Shown: positions 49,580 through 59,703 of the stretch, piece after piece
How the letters are laid out: every line of letters begins with the position of its first letter
Numbering within the stretch: the stretch's first letter is position 1
DNA from: Myxococcota bacterium
GTDB lineage: Bacteria; Myxococcota_A; UBA9160; SZUA-336
NCBI GenBank assembly: GCA_965247115.1
Contig: CBDFGR010000002.1
Location: 1,056,001 to 1,120,000, forward strand
Direction of reading: 5' to 3'
DNA: 64,000 bases
Notes under the pieces: model-generated
The model's database searches: none
Told to the model about the DNA's origin: nothing
Seen by the model: only the letters and a program-made list of their open reading frames with translations
Position numbers and translations under genes: made by a program

Positions 49580-50782
49580 TCACTCGTAGGCGCTCAGCTG
49601 ACGGATGGCGCTCTGAACATCTTCGTAGTTCAGGGTCCGGTCCTCCTGGAGAGCCGCCCCAACGATCCCCTCCGAGAGTCGGTACTTTCTGACTCGGCCA
49701 CGCGCCGTTCTGGCTCTCAGAGTGGCGCCACGCCTCTGCAGCAAGAGACTGAGCGATCCACGTAGTCGGAGGCCAGGCAGCCAGCGGTCTCGCAACCTCC
49801 GCAATCCGCGGCTTCGTCGCACCCCCTCGAGCAGGCTCGACCCGCTCGGCTCGAGACGGGGCCAGAGACCTTCCAATGTTTCGTCCTGGCTGGCTCCTCG
49901 ACTCAGCTGATCGCCTAGGTAGTCGAAGAGGTCTGGACGCAGGTACGGAGACAGGTACGACAGGTGGAGGTAGTCGATCAACTTGCTCAACTCGGGGGGA
50001 GGGAGGGAGCTTCCCCTCTCGATCACAGCATCGACGAGAAGCGCTCGGTACGTGACGTAACTCCTGAACAGATCATCCGGAGAGTCGACCAGCCACTCCA
50101 GGGGATGCCAGTGCTTGTAGCTCGCGGACGGACCGAGGCTCCGTCCGTAGTAGAGAAGAGGAAGGTGGGCGATCTTACCCTCCACGACGGTCAGGGCGCC
50201 CGAGAGCAACTCCTGGCCGAGCAAACTGTCTAGCGGCTGGACCTTCCCCAGAACCACCTGAAGGATCGAGCTCCGGTACACGCTGTAGGTAACTGCCTGG
50301 TAGTCATCAAAGAACGCCTGTAGGCGTTCGATCGTGCTGGGCTGGTCCATGGACACGCGGATCGGAAGGAGCGAAGTAATGTCGAGCTTTCGACCCTGAT
50401 GGAAGGTGAAGTACCCGCCCTGCGCGGCAGCGAAGTCGGGATGCGCCCCGAGATAGCCGACCAGACGTGGGAGGCCATCAAGAAGAACGACATCATCATC
50501 GCCGCACAGCGCGCAGAACTCGGTACGCACCTCGAGCGAGCCGCGCCAGAACTTCTCGAAAGGCGAGATCCCCCCAGGGAAGGTCAGATGCTCCACGTCC
50601 AGCTTCAAGCTGCCAACCAGATCGGCGCTTCGACTCCGGCTCCCTTCACTTCCTGAGTCCAGGACCAGGATGCGGAAGTCCACCGAGTGGAGCTCCAGGT
50701 AGGTCAGGAGTCGTCGAAGAGCGTCCGGGCGATCGCAGGTAGGGACGATCAACGTGAATTTCGCGTCTAGACCGTTCGCCAA
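49580..50782 (-). CDS. Glycosyltransferase (GT2-like)
   Basis: IVPTCDRP, VLDSG and LCGDDD motifs. Confidence 0.85.
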   Translation of the reverse strand: MANGLDAKFTLIVPTCDRPDALRRLLTYLELHSVDFRILVLDSGSEGSRSRSADLVGSLKLDVEHLTFPGGISPFEKFWRGSLEVRTEFCALCGDDDVVLLDGLPRLVGYLGAHPDFAAAQGGYFTFHQGRKLDITSLLPIRVSMDQPSTIERLQAFFDDYQAVTYSVYRSSILQVVLGKVQPLDSLLGQELLSGALTVVEGKIAHLPLLYYGRSLGPSASYKHWHPLEWLVDSPDDLFRSYVTYRALLVDAVIERGSSLPPPELSKLIDYLHLSYLSPYLRPDLFDYLGDQLSRGASQDETLEGLWPRLEPSGSSLLEGVRRSRGLRRLRDRWLPGLRLRGSLSLLLQRRGATLRARTARGRVRKYRLSEGIVGAALQEDRTLNYEDVQSAIRQLSAYE

Positions 50783-50968
50783 CGCCGCCCTCTTCCTGTA
50801 CCCGCGGTGGAGCGATTACGTCCCAGGCGGTGCACCGTGCCGTCGGTATGATCGCACAAATCGACGCCCGGGGTCCGCCGTACGGCGGCCTTGCCCGGGC
50901 TCTGGGATCTTCGGTATCGTCCGTGCGATACTGACTTACGTGCTGCAGAGACGCCCGCACAGACCAGT

Positions 50969-51949
50969 ATGACGATGAGTTTGGACCACGATCAACGAAT
51001 ACACTTATTTCGGGACATGCTGCGGGTCCGCAGGGTCGAGGAGCGTATCGTCGAGCTCTATCCCGAGCAGGAAATCCGCTGCCCTACCCATCTCAGTATC
51101 GGCCAGGAGGCGGTGGCCGCAGGCGTCTGCGCTCATCTCACGCGCGAAGACTACGCAATGAGCGCCCATCGCTCTCATGCTCACTATCTGTCGAAAGGCG
51201 GCGATCTCAACGCGATGTTCGCCGAGCTCTACGGCAAGGCGACTGGCTGCGCCAAGGGCAAGGGAGGGTCGATGCACCTGATCGACCGTTCCGTGGGCTT
51301 TCTCGGTTGTGTTCCAATCGTCGGGAGCACCATCCCCATCGGCGTTGGGGCCGCATTCGGCTCGATGTTACAGAATCACGATGGCCTCACGGTGATCTTC
51401 TTCGGGGATGGCGCTGCCGAGACTGGCGTGTTCCACGAGAGTCTCAACTTTGCCGCGCTGCACAAGCTGCCCGTCCTCTTCGTCTGCGAGAACAACCTCT
51501 ACTCCGTTAATACGCCGCTGTCAGCGCGTCAGCCTGACGGGCGAAAGATCACGCAGATCGCGGAGGGTCTCGGTCTCCACGCCATCCAAGGCGACGGGCA
51601 GGATGTAGAGAGCGTATACGAGGTCGCCGGCGAGATGATCTCCGTTGCCCGCCAAGGTGGCGGACCCGCCTTCGTCGAGTACGCAACGTACCGGTGGCTG
51701 GAGCACTGCGGACCCCTTACCGACACACATCTGGACTTCCGTCCCGAGGGGGAGTACGAAGCGTGGCTCGATCGCTGCCCCGTCTCGCTAGCTCGGGACC
51801 GTCTGACCTTGGAGCGGGTGCTCGATGACAGTGCGCTCGCCGCGATAGAGCTCGAGATCGCGGAGGAGATAGAAAAGGCGGTTGACCACGCCAAGACGAG
51901 CCCCTTTCCTCAGCGTGCCGAGCTAACGGCGAACGTGTGGGCCTCCTAG
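50969..51949 (+). CDS. TPP-dependent dehydrogenase E1 alpha-like subunit
   Basis: HLSIGQEA, HRSHAH, GKGGSMH, GDGA...ENN TPP motif, YRWLEH. Confidence 0.93.
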   Translation: MTMSLDHDQRIHLFRDMLRVRRVEERIVELYPEQEIRCPTHLSIGQEAVAAGVCAHLTREDYAMSAHRSHAHYLSKGGDLNAMFAELYGKATGCAKGKGGSMHLIDRSVGFLGCVPIVGSTIPIGVGAAFGSMLQNHDGLTVIFFGDGAAETGVFHESLNFAALHKLPVLFVCENNLYSVNTPLSARQPDGRKITQIAEGLGLHAIQGDGQDVESVYEVAGEMISVARQGGGPAFVEYATYRWLEHCGPLTDTHLDFRPEGEYEAWLDRCPVSLARDRLTLERVLDDSALAAIELEIAEEIEKAVDHAKTSPFPQRAELTANVWAS

Positions 51950-51962
51950 CGGCGAGGCCAGC

Positions 51963-53024
51963 ATGAACGACCGACAGCTCAAGTTCTCCGAGGCACTCAA
52001 CGAGGCAGTTGACCTCTGTATGGACAAGGACTCCCGCGTCTATCTAATGGGGCTGGGAGCTCCTGACCCGTTGGGTGTATTCGGAACGACGAAGGGACTC
52101 GCAGAAAAATACGGGCCTCGGCGAGTCCTGGACATGCCGATATCCGAGAGTGCCATGACGGGTGTCATGCTTGGCTCGGCTCTGGTAGGGATGCGGCCAG
52201 TCATGACCCACATCAGGCAAGAGTTCGCCATGCTCGCGATCGATCAGATCGTGAACCAGGCCGCGAAGTGGCACTACATGTTCGGCGGCCAATCTCGGGT
52301 TCCCATAGTGATCCGAGTGATCGTGGGCAGAGGCTGGGGCCAGGGGCCACAACACTCCCAGAGTCTCCACAGCTGGTTCTCCCACATCCCCGGCCTGAAG
52401 GTCGTCATGCCAACGACGCCTCGCGATGCCAAGGGCTTGCTGATTGCCAGCATCGAGGACGACAGCCCTGTCGTATTCATTGAGCACCGCTGGCTACACA
52501 ACATTCACGGGCCCGTACCTGACGGAGTCTACAGAGTTCCTCTCGGCCTCCCGAACATCCTGCGCCGCGGGAAAGACGTCACGATTGTGGCGTTGTCTTA
52601 CATGACTCTGGAGGCCGCAAAGGCGGCCGACGTTCTGGCTGACGCCGGAATCGAGGCCGAGTTGATCGACCTGCGCACACTCAACCCTCTCGACGATGAG
52701 CTCATCCTCGACTCGGTCCGCAAGACAGGACGCCTCGTCGTCTGCGATCACGCGACCCCGACAGCAGGTTTCGCTGCCGAGGTCGTAGCGAGAGTCACCG
52801 AGAAGATCTTCTCTTCGCTCAGGGCGCCTCCGGTACGCATCACACTTGCAGACTGCCCTACGCCGACGACACGGGCCCTGGCAAATTATCACTACCCCAC
52901 GCCCCGACATATCGTCGCAGCCGTTCAGAGAACGCTCGGTCTTCCGGCAACCGACCCCAGCGACGATGTCGAGGCGGCAGAGTTCTTGGACGTTCCCGAC
53001 CAGGCCTTTACGGGGCCCTTCTAG
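51963..53024 (+). CDS. TPP-dependent dehydrogenase E1 beta-like subunit
   Basis: DMPISE, DQIVNQAAK, GPQHSQ, PGLKVV and IDLRTLNPLD motifs. Confidence 0.93.
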   Translation: MNDRQLKFSEALNEAVDLCMDKDSRVYLMGLGAPDPLGVFGTTKGLAEKYGPRRVLDMPISESAMTGVMLGSALVGMRPVMTHIRQEFAMLAIDQIVNQAAKWHYMFGGQSRVPIVIRVIVGRGWGQGPQHSQSLHSWFSHIPGLKVVMPTTPRDAKGLLIASIEDDSPVVFIEHRWLHNIHGPVPDGVYRVPLGLPNILRRGKDVTIVALSYMTLEAAKAADVLADAGIEAELIDLRTLNPLDDELILDSVRKTGRLVVCDHATPTAGFAAEVVARVTEKIFSSLRAPPVRITLADCPTPTTRALANYHYPTPRHIVAAVQRTLGLPATDPSDDVEAAEFLDVPDQAFTGPF

Positions 53025-53054
53025 CGCACATCGGAGAGAGGAGGCAGGCCCAGG

Positions 53055-53660
53055 ATGAGCCCGAGTACATTCACCGAGAGATACGTCAGGGAGGCCACTG
53101 AGATCCTCGAGAAGATCGATCGAGGCGAGCTCGATCGGATCATCGGCATACTGGCGGAGTTGCGACCCACCCGCGGTCGCCTCTTCTTCCTCGGCGTGGG
53201 TGGCAGTGCGGCCAACGCTAGCCACGCAGTCAATGACTTTCGTAAGATCGCAGGGATCGAGGCATACACGCCCACCGACAACGTCGCCGAGCTCACCGCC
53301 AGAGTGAACGATGCGGGCTGGGAAACATCCTTCTCCGAATGGCTGGTGGCGAGCCATCTCGGGCCGGAAGACGTCATCTTCGTCCTCTCGGTTGGCGGCG
53401 GTAGTCTAGAGAAGAACGTCAGCCTCAACATCGTGCGCGCACTGGAACTCGCGAAGAAAGTGGGCGCCCGGATAGTCGGCGTCGTTGGTCGGGACGGAGG
53501 CTACACTGCGCGAGTGAGCGATGCTTGCGTCATCATTCCGACGGTAAACACCGAGACCGTCACCCCTCACACCGAGTCATTCCAGGCGGTCGTCTGGCAC
53601 CTCATCGTCTCACACCCGGAGCTCAAGCAGCATCAGACCAAGTGGGAGTCCGTCGTCTAG
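53055..53660 (+). CDS. SIS-domain phosphosugar isomerase (GmhA-like)
   Basis: GVGGSAANASHAVND, TARVND and TPHTESFQ...H motifs. Confidence 0.9.
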   Translation: MSPSTFTERYVREATEILEKIDRGELDRIIGILAELRPTRGRLFFLGVGGSAANASHAVNDFRKIAGIEAYTPTDNVAELTARVNDAGWETSFSEWLVASHLGPEDVIFVLSVGGGSLEKNVSLNIVRALELAKKVGARIVGVVGRDGGYTARVSDACVIIPTVNTETVTPHTESFQAVVWHLIVSHPELKQHQTKWESVV

Positions 53661-53670
53661 CGGATACCGC

Positions 53671-54372
53671 TCAGAGGATGGCGTAGCCCGCAGCACGGGC
53701 ATCGGAGTGGAACATCCGTACGGTCTCGAGCGAGAACTCGTCCAGGTCTTTTCCGATCACCTGGAGCTTGTTCAGCACGTCCACAGTTGCCGTGATGATA
53801 TGGCAGCCTGCCTGCTCTGCCTGCAAGACGTTCAACACTTCACGCGGACTCGCCCAGAGCAGCTCGGCCTTCGGTTTTTCCCCGATGATCTGACGTGCGC
53901 GCGCCATCATTGGAGTCGGATCTACTCCAGTGTCTGCGATTCTCCCGGCGAAAACCGAGACGATGCTGGGTGTGTCCGGATGCAGCGCCCTGGAAGCCAA
54001 CCCCACCTGCTCGAGCGTAAGAATGGCAGTCACGTTGAGAGATAGCCCCTCGCCGGAGAGCTTCTCGATCAAGGGAACCGCCGACTCGCCCTGAGTGTCG
54101 GTGATCGGGACCTTGATGTACGTATGGCCGCCCCAGCTCGCGATCTTGTGGGCCTCCTCTGCCATCGCCCCGAAGTCGTCAGAGAAAACTTCGAAAGAGA
54201 TAGGGAGGTCGGGAATCGCGGCAATCGCTTCACGGGCGAAGGACTCGTAGTCCCGAACGCCGGCCTTGCGCATCAGGGTAGGATTCGTCGTGAAACCGCC
54301 AACCAGACCTTCGCTGTACGCTTTCCTCATCCCGGCGAGGTCAGCACCATCCATGAACAGCTTGATCTTCAT
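53671..54372 (-). CDS. Transaldolase (short form)
   Basis: LFMDGA, GFTTNPTL, ISFEV, IKVP, NVTA, SVFAGRIAD and LLWASPRE motifs; ATG at 54372. Confidence 0.93.
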   Translation of the reverse strand: MKIKLFMDGADLAGMRKAYSEGLVGGFTTNPTLMRKAGVRDYESFAREAIAAIPDLPISFEVFSDDFGAMAEEAHKIASWGGHTYIKVPITDTQGESAVPLIEKLSGEGLSLNVTAILTLEQVGLASRALHPDTPSIVSVFAGRIADTGVDPTPMMARARQIIGEKPKAELLWASPREVLNVLQAEQAGCHIITATVDVLNKLQVIGKDLDEFSLETVRMFHSDARAAGYAIL

Positions 54373-54604
54373 CGCCCCTACCCCTTCCGACCCCTTATAG
54401 GGTAGAACTCGCGACAATAGCAACCCGAAAGTGGGCCTCGAGCGCCGGAGCGAAGGCTGAATTGACAGCGTCAGGAGCTGCGTACATAGTCACCTGCGCA
54501 GCCGGACGAGCTCGTCGGCTGGGAGGACGAACCAGAGGTACTACCGGCGCTCTCTTCGCCTCTGGGCTGGCAAAGATCCTCGTCCGAGCGACTCGAGCAA
54601 CGCA

Positions 54605-55198
54605 TTGGGAAACAACGATCTTGATCAGACCGGAGTCGGTGGAGGCGTCCGGGCCGTCTTCCTGGACCGAGATGGGGTCATCAACGATGTCGTTGTACGA
54701 GACGGGAAGCCCTACCCGCCCTCGTCCTTGAACGCACTCAGCATCCTACCAGGAGTTCCAGAAACGCTGGCCGCGCTGCATGTCGCTGGGCTTCGCCTGA
54801 TCGTCGTGACAAATCAACCCGACGTCGCCTCCGGCATCCAGCAACGCCATGTGGTAGAAGAGATCCACGACTGGCTTGCGAGGACTCTACCCATCGATGA
54901 GATCAAGGTCTGCTTTCACGTCGACTCCGACGGTTGTGGCTGTCGAAAGCCGCGACCCGGCATGTTGGAGACCGCCGCCACCGAGTGGGGCCTGAACCTC
55001 GAACAGAGCTTCTTGGTGGGTGATCGCTGGCGAGACATCGAGGCCGGGCACGCGGCGGGATGTCAAACACTCTGGATTGATCGTGGCTACGGAGAGCGAA
55101 AGCCAGAGGCTCCTGATCATGTAGTGTCCTGCCTCACCGACGCTGGTCGGATCATCCTCAACGCGCTGGGTGCTGATAGACGGGGGATCTCGACATGA
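54605..55198 (+). CDS. HAD-IIIA phosphatase (GmhB-like)
   Basis: FLDRDGVIN, VTNQ, CFH...CGCRKPRPGM and VGDRWRD motifs. Confidence 0.92.
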   Translation: MGNNDLDQTGVGGGVRAVFLDRDGVINDVVVRDGKPYPPSSLNALSILPGVPETLAALHVAGLRLIVVTNQPDVASGIQQRHVVEEIHDWLARTLPIDEIKVCFHVDSDGCGCRKPRPGMLETAATEWGLNLEQSFLVGDRWRDIEAGHAAGCQTLWIDRGYGERKPEAPDHVVSCLTDAGRIILNALGADRRGIST

Positions 55199-56193
55199 GA
55201 AAAGTACTGGTTACGGGAGGGGCGGGCTACGTGGGCAACGTCCTCACTCCCCAGCTCCTCGAGGCCGGCTACGAGGTAACGATCTACGACATTCTCTATT
55301 TTGGTCGAGACACGCTTCCAACCCATCCGAATCTCGCGGTCGTCGAGGGCGATATCCGAGATACCGATCGACTCCGAAAGACCCTTACAGGGGTCGACGC
55401 AGTCTTGCACCTCGCCTGCATCTCGAACGATCCCAGCTTCGAGCTCGACGAGCGTCTCAGCGAGAGCATCAACTACGACTGCTTCGAGCCGATGGTAGTC
55501 GCTGCCAAGGACGCCGGAGTCAAGCGCTTCGTCTACTGCTCGACGAGTTCCGTGTACGGAGTCAGCGAAGCGCGAGATATCCGCGAAGACCATCCGCTTG
55601 TACCCCTGACGCTGTACAACAAGTTCAAGGGCATGTGCGAACCGCTCTTGTGGAAACACATCTCGGAGGACTTCACCGGCGTGATCATCCGCCCCGCTAC
55701 GCTTTGCGGATACAGTCCTCGTATGCGTCTGGATCTATCCGTGAACATCCTGACAAACCATGCGGTTACAAACGGGAAGATCACCGTTTTTGGTGGTGAT
55801 CAGCTCCGACCCAATCTTCACATCAACGACATGGCGGACGCCTATCAGCTCCTGCTGCAGGTTCCTGCAGCGAAGATTCAAGGCGAGACCTTCAACATCG
55901 GCTATCAGAACCTGTCGATCACGGAGATCGCCAAACTCGTGGGTATGGTCGTGATGGAGGAGTATCCCGAGAAGGGAAAGATCGAGATCGTAACGACCTC
56001 GAGCGATGACCGCCGTTCGTATCACATCAACTCGGACAAAGTCCGAGAAGTTCTGGGCTTCACGCCCAAGCGGTCCATCGAAGACGCGGTCCGCGACATC
56101 TGCCGGGCCATGAAAGCCGGCAAGTTGCCCGGAAGCATCAACGATGATCGCTACTTCAATGTTCGGACCATGAAGGTTCTAGCGACCGTATGA
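55195..56193 (+). CDS. NAD-dependent epimerase/dehydratase
   Basis: TGGAGYVG, HLACISND, STSSVYG and YNKFK motifs. Confidence 0.93.
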   Translation: MRKVLVTGGAGYVGNVLTPQLLEAGYEVTIYDILYFGRDTLPTHPNLAVVEGDIRDTDRLRKTLTGVDAVLHLACISNDPSFELDERLSESINYDCFEPMVVAAKDAGVKRFVYCSTSSVYGVSEARDIREDHPLVPLTLYNKFKGMCEPLLWKHISEDFTGVIIRPATLCGYSPRMRLDLSVNILTNHAVTNGKITVFGGDQLRPNLHINDMADAYQLLLQVPAAKIQGETFNIGYQNLSITEIAKLVGMVVMEEYPEKGKIEIVTTSSDDRRSYHINSDKVREVLGFTPKRSIEDAVRDICRAMKAGKLPGSINDDRYFNVRTMKVLATV

Positions 56194-57197
56194 CGGCTGA
56201 GCAGCAAACCTTACCTGGGACCGCAGTCATCACCGGGGGTGCCGGCTTTCTCGGCAGCCACATGGTGGACCTGCTCCTCTCGAGCGGATTCGAAGTTCGG
56301 GTGATCGACAACTTCGTGGGAGGCCGGGAGTCCAACCTGGCGCACCACGAGGGGAACCACAGCCTCTCTGTCGAGAACGCGGACATTCGCAGCCTCCAGG
56401 TGGACAGTCCGATCTTCCGAGGAGCGCGTTTTGTGTTCCACTTTGCCGGCATCGGGGACATCGTCCCCTCGATTCAGCGTCCAACCGAGTACATGTCGGT
56501 AAACGTGCAAGGCACCGTCAACGTCCTGGAGTGCGCCCGCCAGGCCGGCGTCGAGAAGGTGGTCTATGCTGCGTCCTCTTCCTGCTACGGGTTGGCATCC
56601 GTGCCGACCAGGGAGGACCATTCGATCTCCCCTCAGTACCCGTATGCCTTGAGTAAGTGGCAGGGAGAAGAGACGCTTCTTCATTGGCACCAAGTCTATG
56701 GCTTGCCGGTGAACTCGATTCGTATCTTCAACGCATACGGCATTCGCTCACGAACGACAGGGGCGTACGGAGCGGTGTTTGGCGTATTCTTGAAGCAAAA
56801 GCTCTCGGGGAAGCCATTCACCGTTGTGGGGAGCGGCGAACAGACTCGGGACTTCGTCTACGCCACCGACGTCGCAAGGGCCTTCCTGCTTGCTGCTGAA
56901 ACTGGACGCGATGGAGAGGTTTACAACGTCGGCGCCGGACACCCACAATCGGTCAACACGCTGATCGGACTTCTCGGTGGCGATGTCGTGCACATCGAGA
57001 AGCGTCCGGGAGAGCCGGATTGCACCTGGGCGGACATCGACAAGATCGGAAATGAGCTGGGCTGGCATCCAAGAGTCTCCTTCCCGGAGGGGGTAGCCCG
57101 CATACTCGACCGGATCGAGGACTGGCGCGATGCGCCGCTCTGGGACCCGAACTCGATCGCGGCGGCCACCCGGGACTGGTTCACGGCGCTGTCCTGA
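56190..57197 (+). CDS. NAD-dependent epimerase/dehydratase
   Basis: TGGAGFLG, ASSSCYG, YALSK and QTRDFVY motifs. Confidence 0.93.
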   Translation: MTAEQQTLPGTAVITGGAGFLGSHMVDLLLSSGFEVRVIDNFVGGRESNLAHHEGNHSLSVENADIRSLQVDSPIFRGARFVFHFAGIGDIVPSIQRPTEYMSVNVQGTVNVLECARQAGVEKVVYAASSSCYGLASVPTREDHSISPQYPYALSKWQGEETLLHWHQVYGLPVNSIRIFNAYGIRSRTTGAYGAVFGVFLKQKLSGKPFTVVGSGEQTRDFVYATDVARAFLLAAETGRDGEVYNVGAGHPQSVNTLIGLLGGDVVHIEKRPGEPDCTWADIDKIGNELGWHPRVSFPEGVARILDRIEDWRDAPLWDPNSIAAATRDWFTALS

Positions 57198-57210
57198 GGA
57201 GGATGAACGG

Positions 57211-58752
57211 GTGATTGAGGGCCAGTACCGTCGAAAGATCAAGACGGCAGCCGAGCTGCGTAAGATCGTCGGCCCCCCACCGCGCACGAAGAAAGTGATC
57301 ATGTGCCACGGCACCTTCGACGTCGTGCACCCGGGCCACATCCGACACCTGATATACGCGGCGAGCAAGGCCGACGTCCTGGTGGCCAGCCTCACCACCG
57401 ACGCCCACATCGAGAAAGCGCACTTTCGCCCCTTCGTTCCCGAGGAGCTGCGGGCCATGAACCTCGCCGCTCTCGAGGTGGTGGACTACGTCGTGGTCGA
57501 TCCAAATCCGACGCCGATCGACAATCTCCGACTCATTCAGCCCGACTACTTCGCGAAGGGCTACGAGTACGTAGATGGGGGACTGCACCCCAAGACGGGA
57601 GAGGAGCTCGAGGTCCTCGAGACCTACGGCGGCGAGATCATCTTCACACCGGGGGATATCGTCTACTCGTCGTCACGCCTGATCGAAACCCACCCGCCAA
57701 ACATCGCCACGGACAAGCTCGTGGCCTTGATGGACGCGGAGGAGCTGAGCTTCGCCGATCTCCACGCCGCCCTCGAGAAGTTCGAGGGAATTCGCGTGCA
57801 TGTGGTAGGCGACACGATTGTTGACCGATACACCTACTCCTCACTGATAGGAAGCAACAGCAAGACTCCCACGTTTAGCGTTCGCTACGAGAGCCAGGCC
57901 GATTACGCGGGTGGCGCTGCCGTAGTCGCCCACCACCTCCGCGCAGCCGGGGCTGAAGTACGCTTCTCGACCGTGCTGGGCGACGATCCGCTCAAGGACT
58001 TTGTGCTCGCGGACCTGGAGAGCGCACAAGTGCAGTGCGATGCGATCATAGACCCCACGAGACCCACGACGCAAAAGAACGCGTTCATCGCAGGTGGTTA
58101 CCGCCTGCTCAAAGTCGACACTCTGGACAACCGTACGATTTCTGACCGGATACTGAATGCCCTTCAACAGCGGATCGCCGAGCATCCCGTAGACGCAGTC
58201 GTCTTCAGCGACTTCCGGCACGGGATCTTCGACCGTCAGACGGTACCGAAGCTGATCGAGAGCATACCCGGAGGGACGTATAGGGTCGCCGACAGCCAGG
58301 TTGCCAGCCGCTGGGGCAACATCCTGGACTTCCGGGGCTTCAATCTCATCACGCCAAACGAGCGGGAGGCGCGCTTCGCCTTGGGGGATCAGGACTCCGT
58401 TGTACGTCCTCTCGCGCTCCAGCTCTACGAACAGGCGAAGTGCGAGACACTCGTTCTGAAGCTGGGACCCCGCGGAATTCTGGTCTACCGTCGGCGCCCG
58501 ACCGATGACGTGCGGGCGTTCTTTGTGGTTGACAGCTTCGCGTCGAACGTCGTGGATGCCATGGGCTCCGGCGATGCACTGCTTGCTTACTCCACCCTGG
58601 GGATGGTCACTACCGGCAACGAGGTGATTGCAGGCGTACTGGGGACCTTCGCTGCCGCCATCGAGTGCGAGCGGGACGGCAACATCCCAGTCTCCCCGAA
58701 GGATCTCAGGGAGAAGCTGCAGCAGGTGGAGAGGCAGGCGCACTTTTGCTGA
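57211..58752 (+). CDS. Bifunctional nucleotidyltransferase-PfkB kinase (HldE-like, reversed domain order)
   Basis: N-terminal HGTFDVVHPGH and SSS; C-terminal GDTIVD, GGAA, TPNEREA and DAMGSGD. Confidence 0.9.
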   Translation: MIEGQYRRKIKTAAELRKIVGPPPRTKKVIMCHGTFDVVHPGHIRHLIYAASKADVLVASLTTDAHIEKAHFRPFVPEELRAMNLAALEVVDYVVVDPNPTPIDNLRLIQPDYFAKGYEYVDGGLHPKTGEELEVLETYGGEIIFTPGDIVYSSSRLIETHPPNIATDKLVALMDAEELSFADLHAALEKFEGIRVHVVGDTIVDRYTYSSLIGSNSKTPTFSVRYESQADYAGGAAVVAHHLRAAGAEVRFSTVLGDDPLKDFVLADLESAQVQCDAIIDPTRPTTQKNAFIAGGYRLLKVDTLDNRTISDRILNALQQRIAEHPVDAVVFSDFRHGIFDRQTVPKLIESIPGGTYRVADSQVASRWGNILDFRGFNLITPNEREARFALGDQDSVVRPLALQLYEQAKCETLVLKLGPRGILVYRRRPTDDVRAFFVVDSFASNVVDAMGSGDALLAYSTLGMVTTGNEVIAGVLGTFAAAIECERDGNIPVSPKDLREKLQQVERQAHFC

Positions 58753-58773
58753 GCTGGGGAAATTGAGCGAGTC

Positions 58774-59703
58774 GTGAGAGCGGTCGTAGTCGGCCTCGGT
58801 GTACAGGGGCAAAAACGCCTGCAGGTAGCCGGGCGAGATGTCGTGGCAACGGTAGATTCGGTCAGGGACGGGGTAGACTACCGCACGCTCAAGGACGTGC
58901 CGCTCGATCAGTACGATGCCGCGTTCGTGTGCGTGCCAGAGGCAGCGAAGATCGATCTGCTCGCCTACCTGCTCGGCCAGGGTAAGCACGCCCTCGTCGA
59001 GAAGCCCCTGATTTCAGAAGACGACAGCGAGCTGGTGCACTTGGATACGCTCGCTCGATCCCAGGGGGCGGTGTGCTATACGGCATACAATCATCGCTTC
59101 GAGCCTCACGTTCGACGGATGAAAGAGCTCCTCGAGTCCGGGCGGCTTGGGCGTGTGTACTTCGCTCGTCTGTTCTACGGAAACGGCACGGCACGCGACG
59201 TGCGAAACTCGCCATGGCGGGATCAAGGTTCGGGAGTACTGAGGGACCTCGGCTCGCATCTTCTCGACATCGTCCTAATGTGGTTTGGGCCTCCGAGTGC
59301 GCAGTTCCACGTTCGAGCCGCACACCGTTTCGAGAATCGCGCCCTGGATCACGTCATCGTGGGGATGGAAGGGGAGCCCGCCGTCGAGATCGAGGCCACT
59401 CTGCTCTCGTGGCGCAACCACTTCAGCGCCGACATCTACGCGGAGCGAGGAAGTGCACACATCGACTCGCTTTGTAAGTGGGGTCCGAGCACCCTTACCG
59501 TACGCACCCGGGTCCTGCCCAGCGGTCGACCCTCTGAAGAGGCCGTCGTGCTGACAGAGCCCGATCCCACCTGGGACCTCGAGTACGGCTACTTCAAGCA
59601 GCTGTGCCGGGAGGCAGAACCTGGGACGCTGGGAAGGGACGTCTCCCTCAACCGGATCTTGCGTCAGCTGAGCGAAGAAACTCTTGCGGAGGCGCGAGCG
59701 TGA
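58774..59703 (+). CDS. Gfo/Idh/MocA family oxidoreductase
   Basis: VGLGVQG, VEKP, YNHRF and GVLRDLGSHLLD motifs. Confidence 0.92.
   Translation: MRAVVVGLGVQGQKRLQVAGRDVVATVDSVRDGVDYRTLKDVPLDQYDAAFVCVPEAAKIDLLAYLLGQGKHALVEKPLISEDDSELVHLDTLARSQGAVCYTAYNHRFEPHVRRMKELLESGRLGRVYFARLFYGNGTARDVRNSPWRDQGSGVLRDLGSHLLDIVLMWFGPPSAQFHVRAAHRFENRALDHVIVGMEGEPAVEIEATLLSWRNHFSADIYAERGSAHIDSLCKWGPSTLTVRTRVLPSGRPSEEAVVLTEPDPTWDLEYGYFKQLCREAEPGTLGRDVSLNRILRQLSEETLAEARA

Noticed and set aside
49541..49583. Mini-CRISPR
   Set aside because: Adjacent tandem copies with no spacers.
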